A stretch of 64,000 nucleotides of DNA from Lama glama (taxonomy: Eukaryota). Below the pieces are notes generated by a model, which was not told the origin of the DNA, ran no database searches, and saw only the letters and a program-made list of their open reading frames with translations. The DNA lies in contig CM052818.1 in NCBI GenBank assembly GCA_028534125.1, positions 34,598,001 to 34,662,000 on the forward strand, given 5' to 3'. Of this stretch, positions 26,675 through 39,098 are shown piece by piece; the stretch's first letter is position 1; every line of letters starts with the position of its first letter. Both the position numbers and the translations under genes were made by a program.

Positions 26675-28730
26675 AAAAATACATATTGTTCTTGTTGAGA
26701 ATTAAAACTCTTTCAAAAACAAGTTGGATAATATTTGTCAGTGTCTTGTCCCACTGGCCTAGGGGAAACTCAGGCAAGGGCACTGGTGGAGTAAGACAAT
26801 ACAAGTGCTAATTCTAGACCAGCCTGGCAACCTTGGGTATGTCACTTCTTGAGCATTCTCTCGGGTGTTAGATGGTACTACCTCCCTGCTCAAATCACAG
26901 GCAATTGTGAGGCCAAAGGAGAGAAGCCCTTCGTGAATAACAACTACCAAGAGGCAAATGGAATTTTCTTTTGTCAGTTAATGTTTCCAAGTGTGCAAGT
27001 GGTAGGGAGATTAAGGAGTGCTACTGGATCCTCATCCCATTTCTAGCCGGGGCTGAGGAGTTTGGGAGGTGATGGGAGTGGGAATGTGTTTGCTTTAGGG
27101 CTTCAGGGCCCTCTGTCAAATCTCTCTCCTTCAGTTGTAACTTCAAGCGTTAAACATCCCTAGGAGCCATGGAATCAGAAGGGCAAGGGATGGTTCTGAC
27201 CACAGACTCTTCCACGTGCTGGTCCATGTTTCCATGATCTGTGAGAAGAGAAACAAGCAGAAGCGTGTGTGCATGTCTACAGCTGGAAGTGGGACACCAT
27301 GAGAAAGTCCGTGGCATTCGGCTATTATGTGAGAGATGGGAGAGCAAAGGTATCATAAAAACCCATAAAGAGTGATCAGTAAGATGCTTGGCCTTAAAGC
27401 CAGACACCTTTTGTGATAAGAAATCTGAGTCCCTTTTTTGCTGTTTGATTGCTGGCAGCTTTTAAGCTGCATTGCCTTCCTTCCCCTCTGCTCCTCATCT
27501 GGGCAGCTGATTTTTAAAAAGGAAAAAAAAAAAAAGGCTGGGTGCTCTATCCTTTTTGGGGGATTCCAACTGTGTACGCTGGTACCTTCATCTAGGCCCC
27601 ACCTCCTAGCCATAACAATACCCCAAGCCAGTCTCCTTTCCTGGGTCTCTCCAGCTATCTCCCAACCAGCTGGGAGGTCTTCACTGCTATCATAGACAGC
27701 TTCAATTATATAAATAACAAAGCTTTTTGTAGATCTGGAAAAAAAAAAAGACACTCTCATTCATCGACACCCTTTAGGATAGTTTGCCAATAGCTATTAA
27801 TAGTTGAAATAAGCATAAATAAATAAATGCACTGAGTAGGCAATTCTACTTAAAAGAATTATCCTTGAGAGATAATAGGTCTAGGCTATAGCCCCATGTG
27901 GTCAAAATTACATCAGTAATTTTTGTTTGTTTAGATAGACCCAAGCTGGTTGCCTCTGCTGAGTGTCAGTCACCTGCTAGGTGACTGAGGTTTGCAGACA
28001 AAGGGGAGGGGATAATGGCTATGCAACCAAGAAGTTGGGAGGGCAGGGGATGACAAGCACACAGCCAGAGAATTAGCCTGGGTTAGAATATGGGACACTT
28101 CCTTCCCCACCTTCTTTAAACCTGTTACAGATAAAAATTCTAAATGCCCACCTCCAGAACTGGGAGATCAATTCTGATTTAAAAAATAGGAAACATACTC
28201 CTCAGAAGCAATGTCAGAAAAAACAAACTTTTATAAGAGCTCATGGTTTGTTCATATACTAAAGTTGAGGTATACTAAGTGTGTGGGTCATTAAGTTTTT
28301 GTGGAAGTAGCCTGGAAAATGAATACATTAACTCCTTCTATGGGAAGATGTTTTTGAGTATGAAACCACCACCTTATAAGCTAATGCGTGGCCCAGTAAT
28401 TATGAGGACGATACATACTATGCAGTACTCAGTTCTGGGGGAGTCGAGAGCAGTAGATTATGAATAGCTGTTACTGCCACCTTCCTAGTACTCCACTTTC
28501 TGAAACAAGTCAAGTCCCAGGAGTATGGAACACCCAGGAGCAAACAGGAGGAATCAAAACAAAACCAAACCTTTTAATGTTTTGCTCTAAAATAATCAAT
28601 GATTCTCTGAGACAAGTGCCTGGATATTATCTTTCTCCCCACAGCTCTCCTCCCCTTTGGCACCTACCAAGGGAAAACAAAGACAATCTGAGAACAATTA
28701 AAAGGATTTTAAAATTATTTACTCTTTACA

Positions 28731-28736
28731 TTTATT
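28731..28736 (-). terminator. Probable distal polyadenylation signal (AATAAA) of SELENOI
   Basis: tttatt on the plus strand, followed on the minus strand by a U/GU-rich tract (ccttttaattgttctcagattgtctttgtttt). Confidence 0.6.
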
Positions 28737-31700
28737 ACAATAAATATTTGTCAATAATAGAATTAAACAATTTTAAATTAAAACCTACTGCATTACTTTT
28801 GGGTTTCACAGCAGCAGAAATAAACATAAATCCAGTTGAAAGGGCAAGGCTTCCAGAATCCAGTGGCAAGAAACCAGTCAGGTCTTGATTATCTGGATTA
28901 GCAAGGGGTACAGGAATACAGAGGGCACAAACGAATGGAGAAATGCACAGCTGTACTCCAACCCATCAAATTACCTAAGGCTTCGCAACATTCCAGCTAA
29001 GGGCAAGTTGTGAAGCCCCATTTCCCGCAAAAGCTAGATTTCCCCCCAACAAGCCCATGAGCACAGCTGCTCCAGGGGCTGCCTTCTGGCCAGGAATGGG
29101 CCCCACCATCCTTCAGACTCAGAAGCCTCAACTCTGGTAGAAGCAGCCATCTCTCAAAAGCTGTCTTTCTGGCTCACACAATCCCTGGTGAAAGGGAAGT
29201 GGAAAGTGACATATTTCCAGGGCCTTTCTTGGGGACTGAGATGAACTGAAAGAAGAAAAGACCGTGGCTCCAAATAAGTAAGAGGCTTCACAGAGTTAGA
29301 GGCTACATGCAGGTTAAGTCAACATGAAGAAATAGCCAGGTGAGGGCTTACCGTCTTGCTGATAATCAAGAGTAGACTGCATGTATATACGAATATATCA
29401 TACATATATATGCACAGAGAATATATGTGTACATATTAAATATGTATATATACACACTCCAGACATAACCAGATAAAATGAACACATTATTTACTATGAA
29501 CACAGCAAGTCCTAGACAGATTGATTACTAATATGTTCAATGAAACAGCTTGAAAGGGAAAATCAGACTTTGTGCTCCTCTTCATCTTCTTCTCTAATAT
29601 ATTCCACTTGCAACAAACACATTCCAGTTTCTAGGTACCTGAGAAGGGATGGAACCACCCTTTTATTTCAGAACACTACAGAAAGCAAACTGCAACAGGA
29701 CCAAGCTAAGCTACTTAGTCACTCATCGGCCATGACTCCTGCCACCTAGTCTTAGTCACAGGGCATGAAATCTTACTCAGAAAAGTATCAGTTTGTTTTC
29801 CTACAATTGGTTATAAATTTAATCTATTATATTAGATGGGAGGGGGAGGGGAGAAGGCAGGCAGGCAGGAGTTTATACCTCAGCAATTATTCACTGCCAT
29901 CCCCTTTACCCAGAGGAAATGCAAATTTTTAAATTGAAATTTGGAGTTTAATACTGAACTTTGCTTTCTTGGCACATTCCAGAAAGAGCAAATCATTACA
30001 TGCAACTGGGTCTTTGTCTCCTGAATGGCTGCTCTAATGGGATAAGCTATACAAAAAAAATAACCTACAAAAAATGTTAATATTGTGGGCAGTCTTCACA
30101 AGTAGTTACTCAATTCAGAGTCTGATACTGAATGATACCAGTAGTTCAGATTTATAATGCAGCATTCATAGATCTTGCAAAATTAAAACAGGCTCCTCTT
30201 TAACCTGATTAGTAACATTGAGTACTAAAGTAAACAGGTTTCTGGTCAAGAACTTACCCTTTAGAGAGTAAAAAGTGCTTGTCAAGAATATCAGAATCTA
30301 GAGCTCATGCTGAATTGTGTATGTCTTAATAAAAACCAAAATCAATTCATATTCTAACTGTTACCCATAGAAACCGCTCAAGAGAAGACTTTAGCCTAAG
30401 AGCCATGAGGCATCCACAGCATTTAGACACAAGTTGTGTCTTCAATACTATCTCTAATTTCAAAGTAGAATTAGGTACTTTGTGGCCATGATCCAATTCA
30501 CAGGCTTTAAAAATAACACCACTCTGATTTAGTCTGATTTTCTAGGAATAATTCTGAAGAGTAAGATTGTGTGAATGGTCTGTGGAAGACCAGACACTAC
30601 TTCTGTTGTGTCCAAACAGACTTTCCTCGAGACAAGCTCTCATTAAAATACTCTAAAAATCAGTCCATGTGCCATTTTCCAATCCTGGAAACCTGGCTTT
30701 TCTGACCAAATGCAACATAAGCCCCATCGCTCAGGCCACCTGTGAAAAAGGCTACAAATGGCAAAACTTCTTTTGCTATCCTGCATGTTAGCTCATTTAA
30801 CATCTGTCTGTAAAAAGAACAGGTCCCTGCTTAAAAACAAGCAAATAAAAATCAGCTAGATTACCTCTTGCATATTTATTAAAAACCAAAGCATTACTAG
30901 CATGCAGGTTTAAAAGGTTACATTTATTTTGCACTGTAGAAACGCTGGAAATAAATTAGCCAATAAATCCAATTCTCATGTCTCCACACAAAGGAAAAAG
31001 TAAACACATTGCCACTTTCTCTGGAAAAGTTAGACAATCATGATTTACCATATACCCTAAAGTAACAGCCTGCCAATGTCAGTCATTTGTACCACTGTCA
31101 AAGATGAAAAGTAAAATATACAAATCACATGGGTTACATAATTAATAATGGAAAATCAGAAATTTACTTAAGCTTCCTGAAATGTACAGGGCATCACACT
31201 TTCTAGTTTCACAGTGATTAATTTAACACCGTTTTACCATTAAAACTGTTACTTAAAATGTACATGTCAAAGTGCTTCAAATGCAGCATACTAGTTAAAC
31301 TTCTTCTTGGAAGGTTCTAGTACTGGCAGCTCACTTAAGATTACTCACCCACAGGGTGTTCAAGAATGGGTATGCTGCCTCACAAAGACACCTGATAAGA
31401 CAAAGAAAATTCTAGTCGGACTTCACAAATTTCCTGCAAGAGTGCTCAAGCAAGGCCAGAACTGAGGTCAAGATAAAGGCCACTCTGAACACAGGAATCA
31501 ACACAACCAGATTTCTGTATCCGTTTTTGGCTTATTTGAAGACCCAAAGTCAGAAGTTCTAGCGCGTCAGGTTTACTCTGTCCCCTCGGGCGTGTTCCCA
31601 GTCCTTGACTAAGCACGAGATCAAAGGCAACCAAGGAGGTCTGTATGCGGCAAGATCTAGAGGCAACCAAGCAAGTGGGCATCTCCGCCCCAGGTGGGAC

Positions 31701-33819
31701 TAGTTAAAGGGAAACCCAGGTGAAGAATGAAGAGGAAGACTTAAACACAGGCGCCCAGTTAAAATATAAAGGGGGAAAAGGAGCCTTTGATTCAAATACT
31801 TTCAGATTATCTTTTTATTCTCTGTAGGTTAGAGAATCAAAGTCGGCCTCGGAAAGCAAGCTACATTCCAAATGCCTTTTGACTGACTACAAAATAAACT
31901 CAACTGAACACTTGGGAAACCTGGTGGAGGAGGGACGATTAAAATTGTGACAATTTTAAACTGCGCACTGCAGTAACATCACTGGGCACTAGGGGCATAG
32001 AATCCCTTAAAGTGGATACTATGCCTGCTTTTTCCTTTGCATGTTCCCCTAGTGCCCAGACATTAGGTTACAATCAATATTCTTTTGGTATCTGTTTAGA
32101 ATTTGGGCAACTCTAGATATACACTCCTCTTCCCAATACCTCTATATTAAAACAAATGTCATGTCGGTTAATAGTACTGTAACATTGTAGACCATAGTCA
32201 GCACTGAACTTTCTTTTTAATATTACAATTAAAAGCAATTTGATCATGATATTATTAAAATGTCAAGGAAAACTATTTAGTTTTTTATTTGGAAGTTATT
32301 CACTCTTTAACCCTTAAGCCTAAAACCCATAAACTACATCTATTACACATTAATGGAGGAATGATGGTTTAAATTGTGGCAATTTTTAACTGTGCATTAT
32401 ACTAAGAACATGAATGTTATTAAAGGATCACAAAAGGCAGCATTAACATACTCTATTCAGGTATTTTTTAGATTTTTCTATCTCATGCTCCCCTCAAATA
32501 TAGGGGAATTATTTTCTGACAAGCATGAAAGGACATTTTTCCTACCATGACCTGAAAAGAAACTTCTTACAGGTCTAGGTAACTTTGGTCAGCAGAAACA
32601 CAAAGCAAACCTCTGGCCTGGCTAAGGCACTCTATTCTGAAATGCACAGAAAACATGCATGTATGACTAATCACGCCATTGCTCCCCAAAAGGCAGTTCA
32701 GAGTATGCTGGGAGAAAGGCTGGGGGGTGTGAATGCACTCCAAAATGTCATGCATAAGGGTGAAATAGCTTTTATACTTTGGAAATGTTATGATAATTGG
32801 CAATGACATAAATTCACAGAGCTCTTTGTAATTAAGTCCTGCGTCAGCTGCTGTATCACTGCATAACAAATGGGAGCTTTCGTGATGCACTTCAAGATGG
32901 CAGACAAAACCAAGAAAAAGAGTCAGCAGTACACTAAAGATTCACAAGTCCACAGTATTCTGAAACAGTTAATTACTCACTTTTCATCTTTCACCTTGTT
33001 GACAGCCATCTTTCTTTCATCTAATGATGCCAATAAAACTGACTATAGCATAATTCTTAACCACCATTGGGAAATAAAGTATGGGCACAAAACAACTTTC
33101 AAATAAACCTGATGCAACAGAAAGAGAACAGAAACACACTCTGAGGTAAAATAGCCCCAAAATTATAGGACATGACCCTATGCCAGAAGGAAAGGGTATT
33201 TTTTTTTAAACTATACTGTACAAGGTGAAGAAAACCTATGGTCCAAATTTGTCATTTTATAAATATTTATCAATTCTTTTCTTATATAATACAGACGAAT
33301 CTCCTTGGGTACAAGGTCAACAGTAAAATGATTAGCTTAGAACCTTAAAACAAAGCTTTGTTCCCAGCCCAAATTAACACTTTATCCAGTTCAGTTCTAC
33401 AAATGACACAGAACAAGGTATACAAAAAAGAGTCACCTTTACTTAATTAGTTCATTTGCTGACCTTCATGATGGCAATTATATTAACAAACATGGAATCA
33501 CTACCCATATTTTCCTGCATCAATTTCTCACCTATTTTCAGTGTTCATTTTTGTCTCAGAGAAAGTCACTGAATAAACTTCAACCTTTACAGTTTTTAAA
33601 AATGAGTACAGAACCATGTGTTAGCTCTTTGACACCTCATTTCTAATAACTTGAATGACAGTGATTATGCTTTACAAATTTAAAAACTGAAATATCCATT
33701 ACATAGTTATTTTTACAAAGCAGCAGACTAAAATTCAACAAAGGAATACACTATAATTAAATTTAACGATGGTCACATTCATAGATAAATAATGATTATG
33801 GATTTAATTACATATCAAC

Positions 33820-33900
33820 ACAGTGGTGCCTATTTTATCCAAGTGCAATCTGTCCAAAAAAAAGGGTTTAAGATACACTTTTCATTCAAGCACAAACTTC
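33820..33900 (-). promoter_or_regulatory. SECIS element in the SELENOI 3' UTR (probably type 2)
   Basis: Minus strand reads gtgcttga-ATGAA-aagtgtatct-tAAAccc(t8)ggac-agattgcactt-GGAT-aaaat-aggcac. It shows the AUGA/GA kink-turn core, a ~10 bp helix II, unpaired AAA in the apical region and helix I gtgctt/aggcac. Confidence 0.92.
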
Positions 33901-35227
33901 ATTCCGTGGAAAATAAAAGAAAATCAGCCAGTAAATTTCACCACCACCAAACTAAACAGAGACAAAAACCAAAAAAGAAATAGAAGAAAATATCCACATT
34001 CACAGAAAGGTGTAATCATAAAACAACCATGTCAAAATCAAAGGGATTTTTATGTTTGTCAATAAACCTCAAAAATTACTCCAAGTCATATTAAAGGGAG
34101 TATATACTCAGTAAGGCATAAATATTAAAAATTTTCTTCAGTGGGGGAAATGAGCGAGTTGGAGAAGAGAGAATTTCTCTCTACTTCTTTATCCTTTATG
34201 AAATAAAAAACACAGCAGTCTCCCCCACAGAAAGAAACAGAGGGACGGAGAAGGGAATTATATCAGAAAATTATATTATATCAGAAAACTAATTTCGCAG
34301 TGAGGTTCACTGTAGTAATTTCAGAGTGAGGTTCCTGAGATTCCTAACTCTTACGAAAATTTTTCTTATAAGGAAGTTTATCTGTGTTCCTCACAAGTCA
34401 TTATTTTAAGACTGGGACTGTCACATGCATTCATTTGATCATAGTTCACAGGCACCAAATCTCAGCAACTTGCAGCTGAGGGGGAAAATGCCACATTTAA
34501 ACAATGAACCATGCCAACGAGCGAGCTACAATTCCAATCCATTCTCTACTAAGCCTCAATAGGATATTTTTCTTTAAAAGAAGATTAAACCATTAATCAA
34601 GATCTGTTCCGTAAGAAATTGAGCCAGAATCCTAGAGAATCCAAATATATATATCAGCTCTCTTAGCACATGAGGACAAAAGGCATTTCCATGGGAAAGA
34701 GAAACCAGTATTTGGCAACTGTGTATTGTTCCATAATCATTTAGCATCTCTTGCTGAAGGTAGCTTGCTCTTATCTTTTCCCTTATGTTAGATTTGGGCT
34801 ATTGATAGTTTCCATAGCTAAAGACCTACTACTAAGTGCCAAATATGAAAACATATTGGGGTTTTCTGAATGTTATTAGTGCTCCCAACCCAATTTGGGG
34901 GTTTTAAAAATAAAAGCCAAGCATCTTTAACTCTGTATGAACCAAATACAACCAAATATGGACTCCTGAAGGTAAAATCACTAGGAACATTTTGCTGACC
35001 TAATGTACATTATGTTTAACCAAAACATCACATGGTTTTATAAAAAAAAAAAGTAAGCTGGGAGTTAGTAGGTCTAAAGTTCCACAAGTTCAGATCATAT
35101 ATACCATTCCTGCTGTCCAAGTACCACACACACTGAGTTCCCATGTCTATTAAGCAGATCAGTTTAGTTCAATGGTGATGGATGAAATATTTACAGGCAT
35201 CTTATTTACAGTACTTCTTTCTGTAGA

Positions 35228-35326
35228 TTACAGGCCAATATTCTTTTCTTCCATTCCTAGTCAATCCGAGTTTGGTTTCCTCAATGAGAAGGGGTAAATC
35301 TGAAAATGGCTGCTCAGTTGCTTTAC
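35228..35326 (-). CDS. SELENOI: SELENOI terminal coding exon 10 (VKQLSSHFQIYPFSLRKPNSD-U-LGMEEKNIGL*), UGA=Sec at 35263-35261, TAA stop at 35230-35228
   Basis: 99 nt coding after acceptor ctgtag|. An in-frame TGA is followed by 10 sense codons matching the known SELENOI C-terminus. Exons 2-10 sum to 1137 nt, which with a 57-nt exon 1 (recalled from human) gives a 397-aa protein. Confidence 0.95.
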
Positions 35327-35857
35327 CTACAGGAAACCAGAACACCAGGCAATGACAAACACGCACCTGATTTTTTTTTTTTCCAAGCATTAAGAATTCA
35401 CCCTCTGGAGACAACAATCTACTGGCATGGTAGAAACCATCATAAATGAAGAAGTTTTCCTGAACTAGGATAGCTGTGCAGTTAGATGGCTAAATGAGTA
35501 CTAGAACTACCCTGGGAGAGTTAGGACTTAAGCCTGGGTCTACCCAACTCCGAAATCTAATCTTCCCAGAGCCCTGCAGGTCACACAGAGTTACATCCAA
35601 ATCCACTGAAAAATTATACAATTAGCTGACTTATATTACCCAGCAGGTCAAATACTTACATATATAGTTAGAGTCAATGTTCAGCGTTTTTTGCGTTTCT
35701 AGGTAATCATTTCTAACCCTGATGAAACAGTATAAAAACTACATCTGTAAATTTTGAAAGGTTTAGGTCATATTAGTTAGGGTATCCCTAGTGGGTAGGC
35801 AAGAGCATGGTTTATGTGCCAACTAGCAAATAAGGTTTATTTAATACTTATTTCTAT

Positions 35858-36013
35858 TTTTTTAATTGAAGTGTAGTTGATTCAAAATGTTAGTTTCATG
35901 TCTACAGCAAAGTGATTCAGTTATACATACACACACATATATATTTTTTTTCAGATTCTTTTCCATTACAAACAGCTCATTACAAAAAACTGAGTATAGT
36001 TCCCTGTGCTCTG
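35858..36013 (-). mobile_element. L1 3' end in SELENOI intron 9, sense to the gene
   Basis: Reverse complement of the agcacagggaactata...cttcaattaaaaaa L1 terminus, with atttctatt flanks. Confidence 0.75.
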
Positions 36014-37518
36014 ATTTCTATTCTTATACTTAATGTTTATATTTCAATAGTTCAAGTGAATGTTGTGTGCAGCTTGGCAAATTTTACCTTCAGTTCAGAA
36101 GTTATAGAACTGGTAAGAGAGCACAAAGACATAGAAAAGATGCTCCTGGAATTTTTTTCAGTTAGCTTGTATTTATTTTCCAGATTTTTAACAATAAAGA
36201 TATACTGCCTTTGTAATTTGACATAAAAATGTGTTTTGGTTTGGTCTGGCATGTGTATGGTTTTCTAATAATATACTTCTGAAGGATTATAAAAAGGTAA
36301 AACAATTATGAAAGACACTGAGAACTATGTTCTACTTCATGAATGGCTAATAAAATATCAGAATAAAGGCCTTAGAGTGTTGGTATAAAGCATGTGTTAA
36401 ATTTGCACAAATAAGAACATAAATGATTATGTCTTCATGTCATAATTCACAGACTTATCATGGTTATTTTCATCTATTTTGTTTTAACAATCGTGGGCTA
36501 CTTTGGGGAGAAACACTAAAGGAAGAAACCTAAGTTTAGCAACACATGCAAGGTACAAAAAGTTGTTATCAAGCGTGACAGGTGCCCCTGTTTTAAACAT
36601 ATGTATGACAATACAGAAGGAAAGACATTTCATCTCTCAAACTGCCTCATAGCAGGGTTCCTTTCAAAATAAACATACTCAACAGAACTATTTTAAAAGC
36701 CACAGAAATGTGAGTATCATTTTACATGATTGCTATGAAATTATCCTCAGAAAATAAAAGCAAATGAAGAGGGAAAAAAATATTATTCCAGATTGTTCAT
36801 CCCAACTTTATTTATAATAGTGAAAATCTGGAATAAATGATTAAATGATTAAAAATAACTGAGTCATGGCTAAGTACACTGATAATTATTAAGTAATCTC
36901 CTTGATGGAATACTGTACAGCAATTAGAAATCATAATTATGAGACAATGCTAAGATATGTAGAATAACTAGAAAAGAATGTTAAAGTGTGAGGGAAAAGA
37001 AAATAAACTGCACAGTTCTGATTTTCATTTTATTATATCTAGCCTACCCAACTTGTCCTGAAACCAGTCTCTTACTTTAGAAGAGAACATTGAAGTTTGC
37101 AAAATACTTAAATCTACTGTCTTCTATATTTCCCCTTATAAAAATGCCCCTGAAGCTAAAGAAGCAAGTATAGAAAAATAATCAACAAATGGGATTTTGT
37201 CCCATGTAAGTAATTAACAGCACAAGAGTTTATAATTCTATTCACCAAGAAAAGGGTTTACATTTCTTCTCACTTAAAAACAAGAACTGAATTCCTCACA
37301 ATCATTATCCAGCTTTTAAATTATTTGTAGTTACTGTAACATATTCGTTAGAGAAACAATATCTGAAATTATGTACCTGGAAATTATCCAATATTTAGAG
37401 AATATCCCCAAATCCTTCCAGCTACTATAATAAGCAAGTTTCTTTTGAAAATTTCCCTCACCTTCATTTCACTATTTATAAGAATCAAAGGGAACCAATG
37501 TTGCTGTAGATTACTCAC

Positions 37519-37701
37519 CACTCGTACTCCATAATGGATGTGGGCCAGAGTGAAAGCAGCTGTCAATGTATACAGGAGAATGCTCTCAATGTAAGAGGCT
37601 ACTCCTAAATTTACCACCAGGACAACCAAGAAGAGAGGAACCAGCAACCAATTGAAAGTTGGGCACCGGGTACTGCTCATTTGACAAACAATCAGCTGAC
37701 A
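37519..37701 (-). CDS. SELENOI: SELENOI exon 9 ([61 protein letters not shown])
   Basis: 183 nt, acceptor ttcaag| (AAG type), donor GTG|gtgagt. Overlaps ORF 37384..37680. Confidence 0.93.
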
Positions 37702-38513
37702 CTTGAAGTTATTTTGAAAAAAGAAAAGAAAGGAAGAGAGAGAGAAAATTTAATTAGCAAAGCACTTCCAAAACTAGTCGTTCCAACATTTAAAAAAAGC
37801 ATTCAAGTACTTGAGCTAAGATATTTACATTATATTATTAAGTTCAGTAATTCTCAACTGCCCAGGAGCCTGCCTGGACCTGTGGCCCCACCTCCAAACG
37901 CATGGACCCCCAGACTGTGTGTCAGAAGAGGCTGGAAGATAACTTATTCAGGATGCTTTAGAAGGCATTCTTATACTGGGTGACAGTTTGGATAAAAGAT
38001 ATTTCTCCCAGTTTTAAGACTCTATGATATCTGACAACAATTTTTTGAAAAGAGACTCCTGCAACCCCACACAACTAAATTTCTTCATGGTGATGAAGTC
38101 GCATTATCATATTAACATCTCAAAACCTCTTTGGCTCTCTTTACTTCAACACCTTACTCAAATCTGGTTTTATTCTTTCAGAGATACTTTTCATACAATG
38201 CATTAATATTTTCAGATCTTTAAACCCTATAAAATTAGTATGACTTGAGACAGTAAACGCATGTTACAGACATGGAAACATGAATTCAGTGGCTACGTTA
38301 AAAAATTAAAACTTATTAAGAACCTGGCCTGAGCTACAGCACATGTTCTCAGCTGCCAGGACCTCAGGATCTTTTCTCAACAAATCTTTACCTTTCCCCC
38401 ACCCCTATCTGCTCTCTTGCTGGACTATAACAGAGAAAGGGATTTTTTTAAACATATAATATTTATTACAAAGTTTTAAATTGTATGTTCTTAATTTAAA
38501 AGTCAGTTGATTA

Positions 38514-38676
38514 TAGCACAGGGAACTATATTCAATATCTTGTAGTAACTTATGGTGAAAAAGAATATGAAAACGAACATATGTATGTTCCTATATGACT
38601 GAAGTAGTGTGCTGTACACCAGAAACTGACACGGTGTAAACTGGCTATACTTTAATAAAAATATATATTAAAAAAA
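38514..38676 (+). mobile_element. L1 3' end (artiodactyl-type) with TSD
   Basis: tagcacagggaactatattcaatatcttgtag... motif, with tcagttgatta repeated at 38503-38513 and 38677-38687. Confidence 0.85.
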
Positions 38677-39098
38677 TCAGTTGATTAAAAAACATGTTGG
38701 GGGGGTGTCTGTGTATGTGTTTTCTCTCTCACAAAACCCCCTTTCAAGCTCCCTAAACTAATTATTATATCTGCAACCACACTATTAACAATATTCAGAG
38801 TCGAAGGGAATTACTCCACGAATTCTTTGGCAGGCAATCAAAACAAAAAATTTAAATTATGCCATGGATCCAAAACACTACTACAGCTGTCTCCAAATCC
38901 TACTGGTTTCAAGGGAAAAATAAAATAATTTTCAGCATATTCTGTCTTTGAGGTTATTAATTACTCCTTCAAATTTCTGATGTAAAATCTTTAAGTTAAA
39001 TTCTGCTTATTCTAATACTATGTAAGGTTTCTCAAATTATCAAGTTTTGTCAAATATTCCTTATAAATACTATGATTTTTAAAAGAAAGAAATCTTAC

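Larger units (their letters stand above)
28700..35227 (-). other. SELENOI: SELENOI long 3' UTR (about 6.5 kb)
   Basis: AT-rich stretch with no recognisable transposon between the stop codon and a distal AATAAA. Contains the SECIS. The end point is inferred. Confidence 0.7.

Noticed and set aside
33896..33904. Second AUGAA just upstream of the SECIS core as a second SECIS
   Set aside because: It has no matching helix II, apical AA or 3' GA partner of its own that I can fold.
35261..35263. In-frame TGA as a nonsense mutation or pseudogene sign
   Set aside because: The downstream codons match the SELENOI C-terminus and a SECIS is present, so it is a selenocysteine codon.
35202..35417. 71-aa minus-strand ORF overlapping SELENOI exon 10
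   Set aside because: It is in a different frame from the spliced SELENOI frame and starts in the intron. The real frame is interrupted by the Sec UGA, so the ORF finder missed it.
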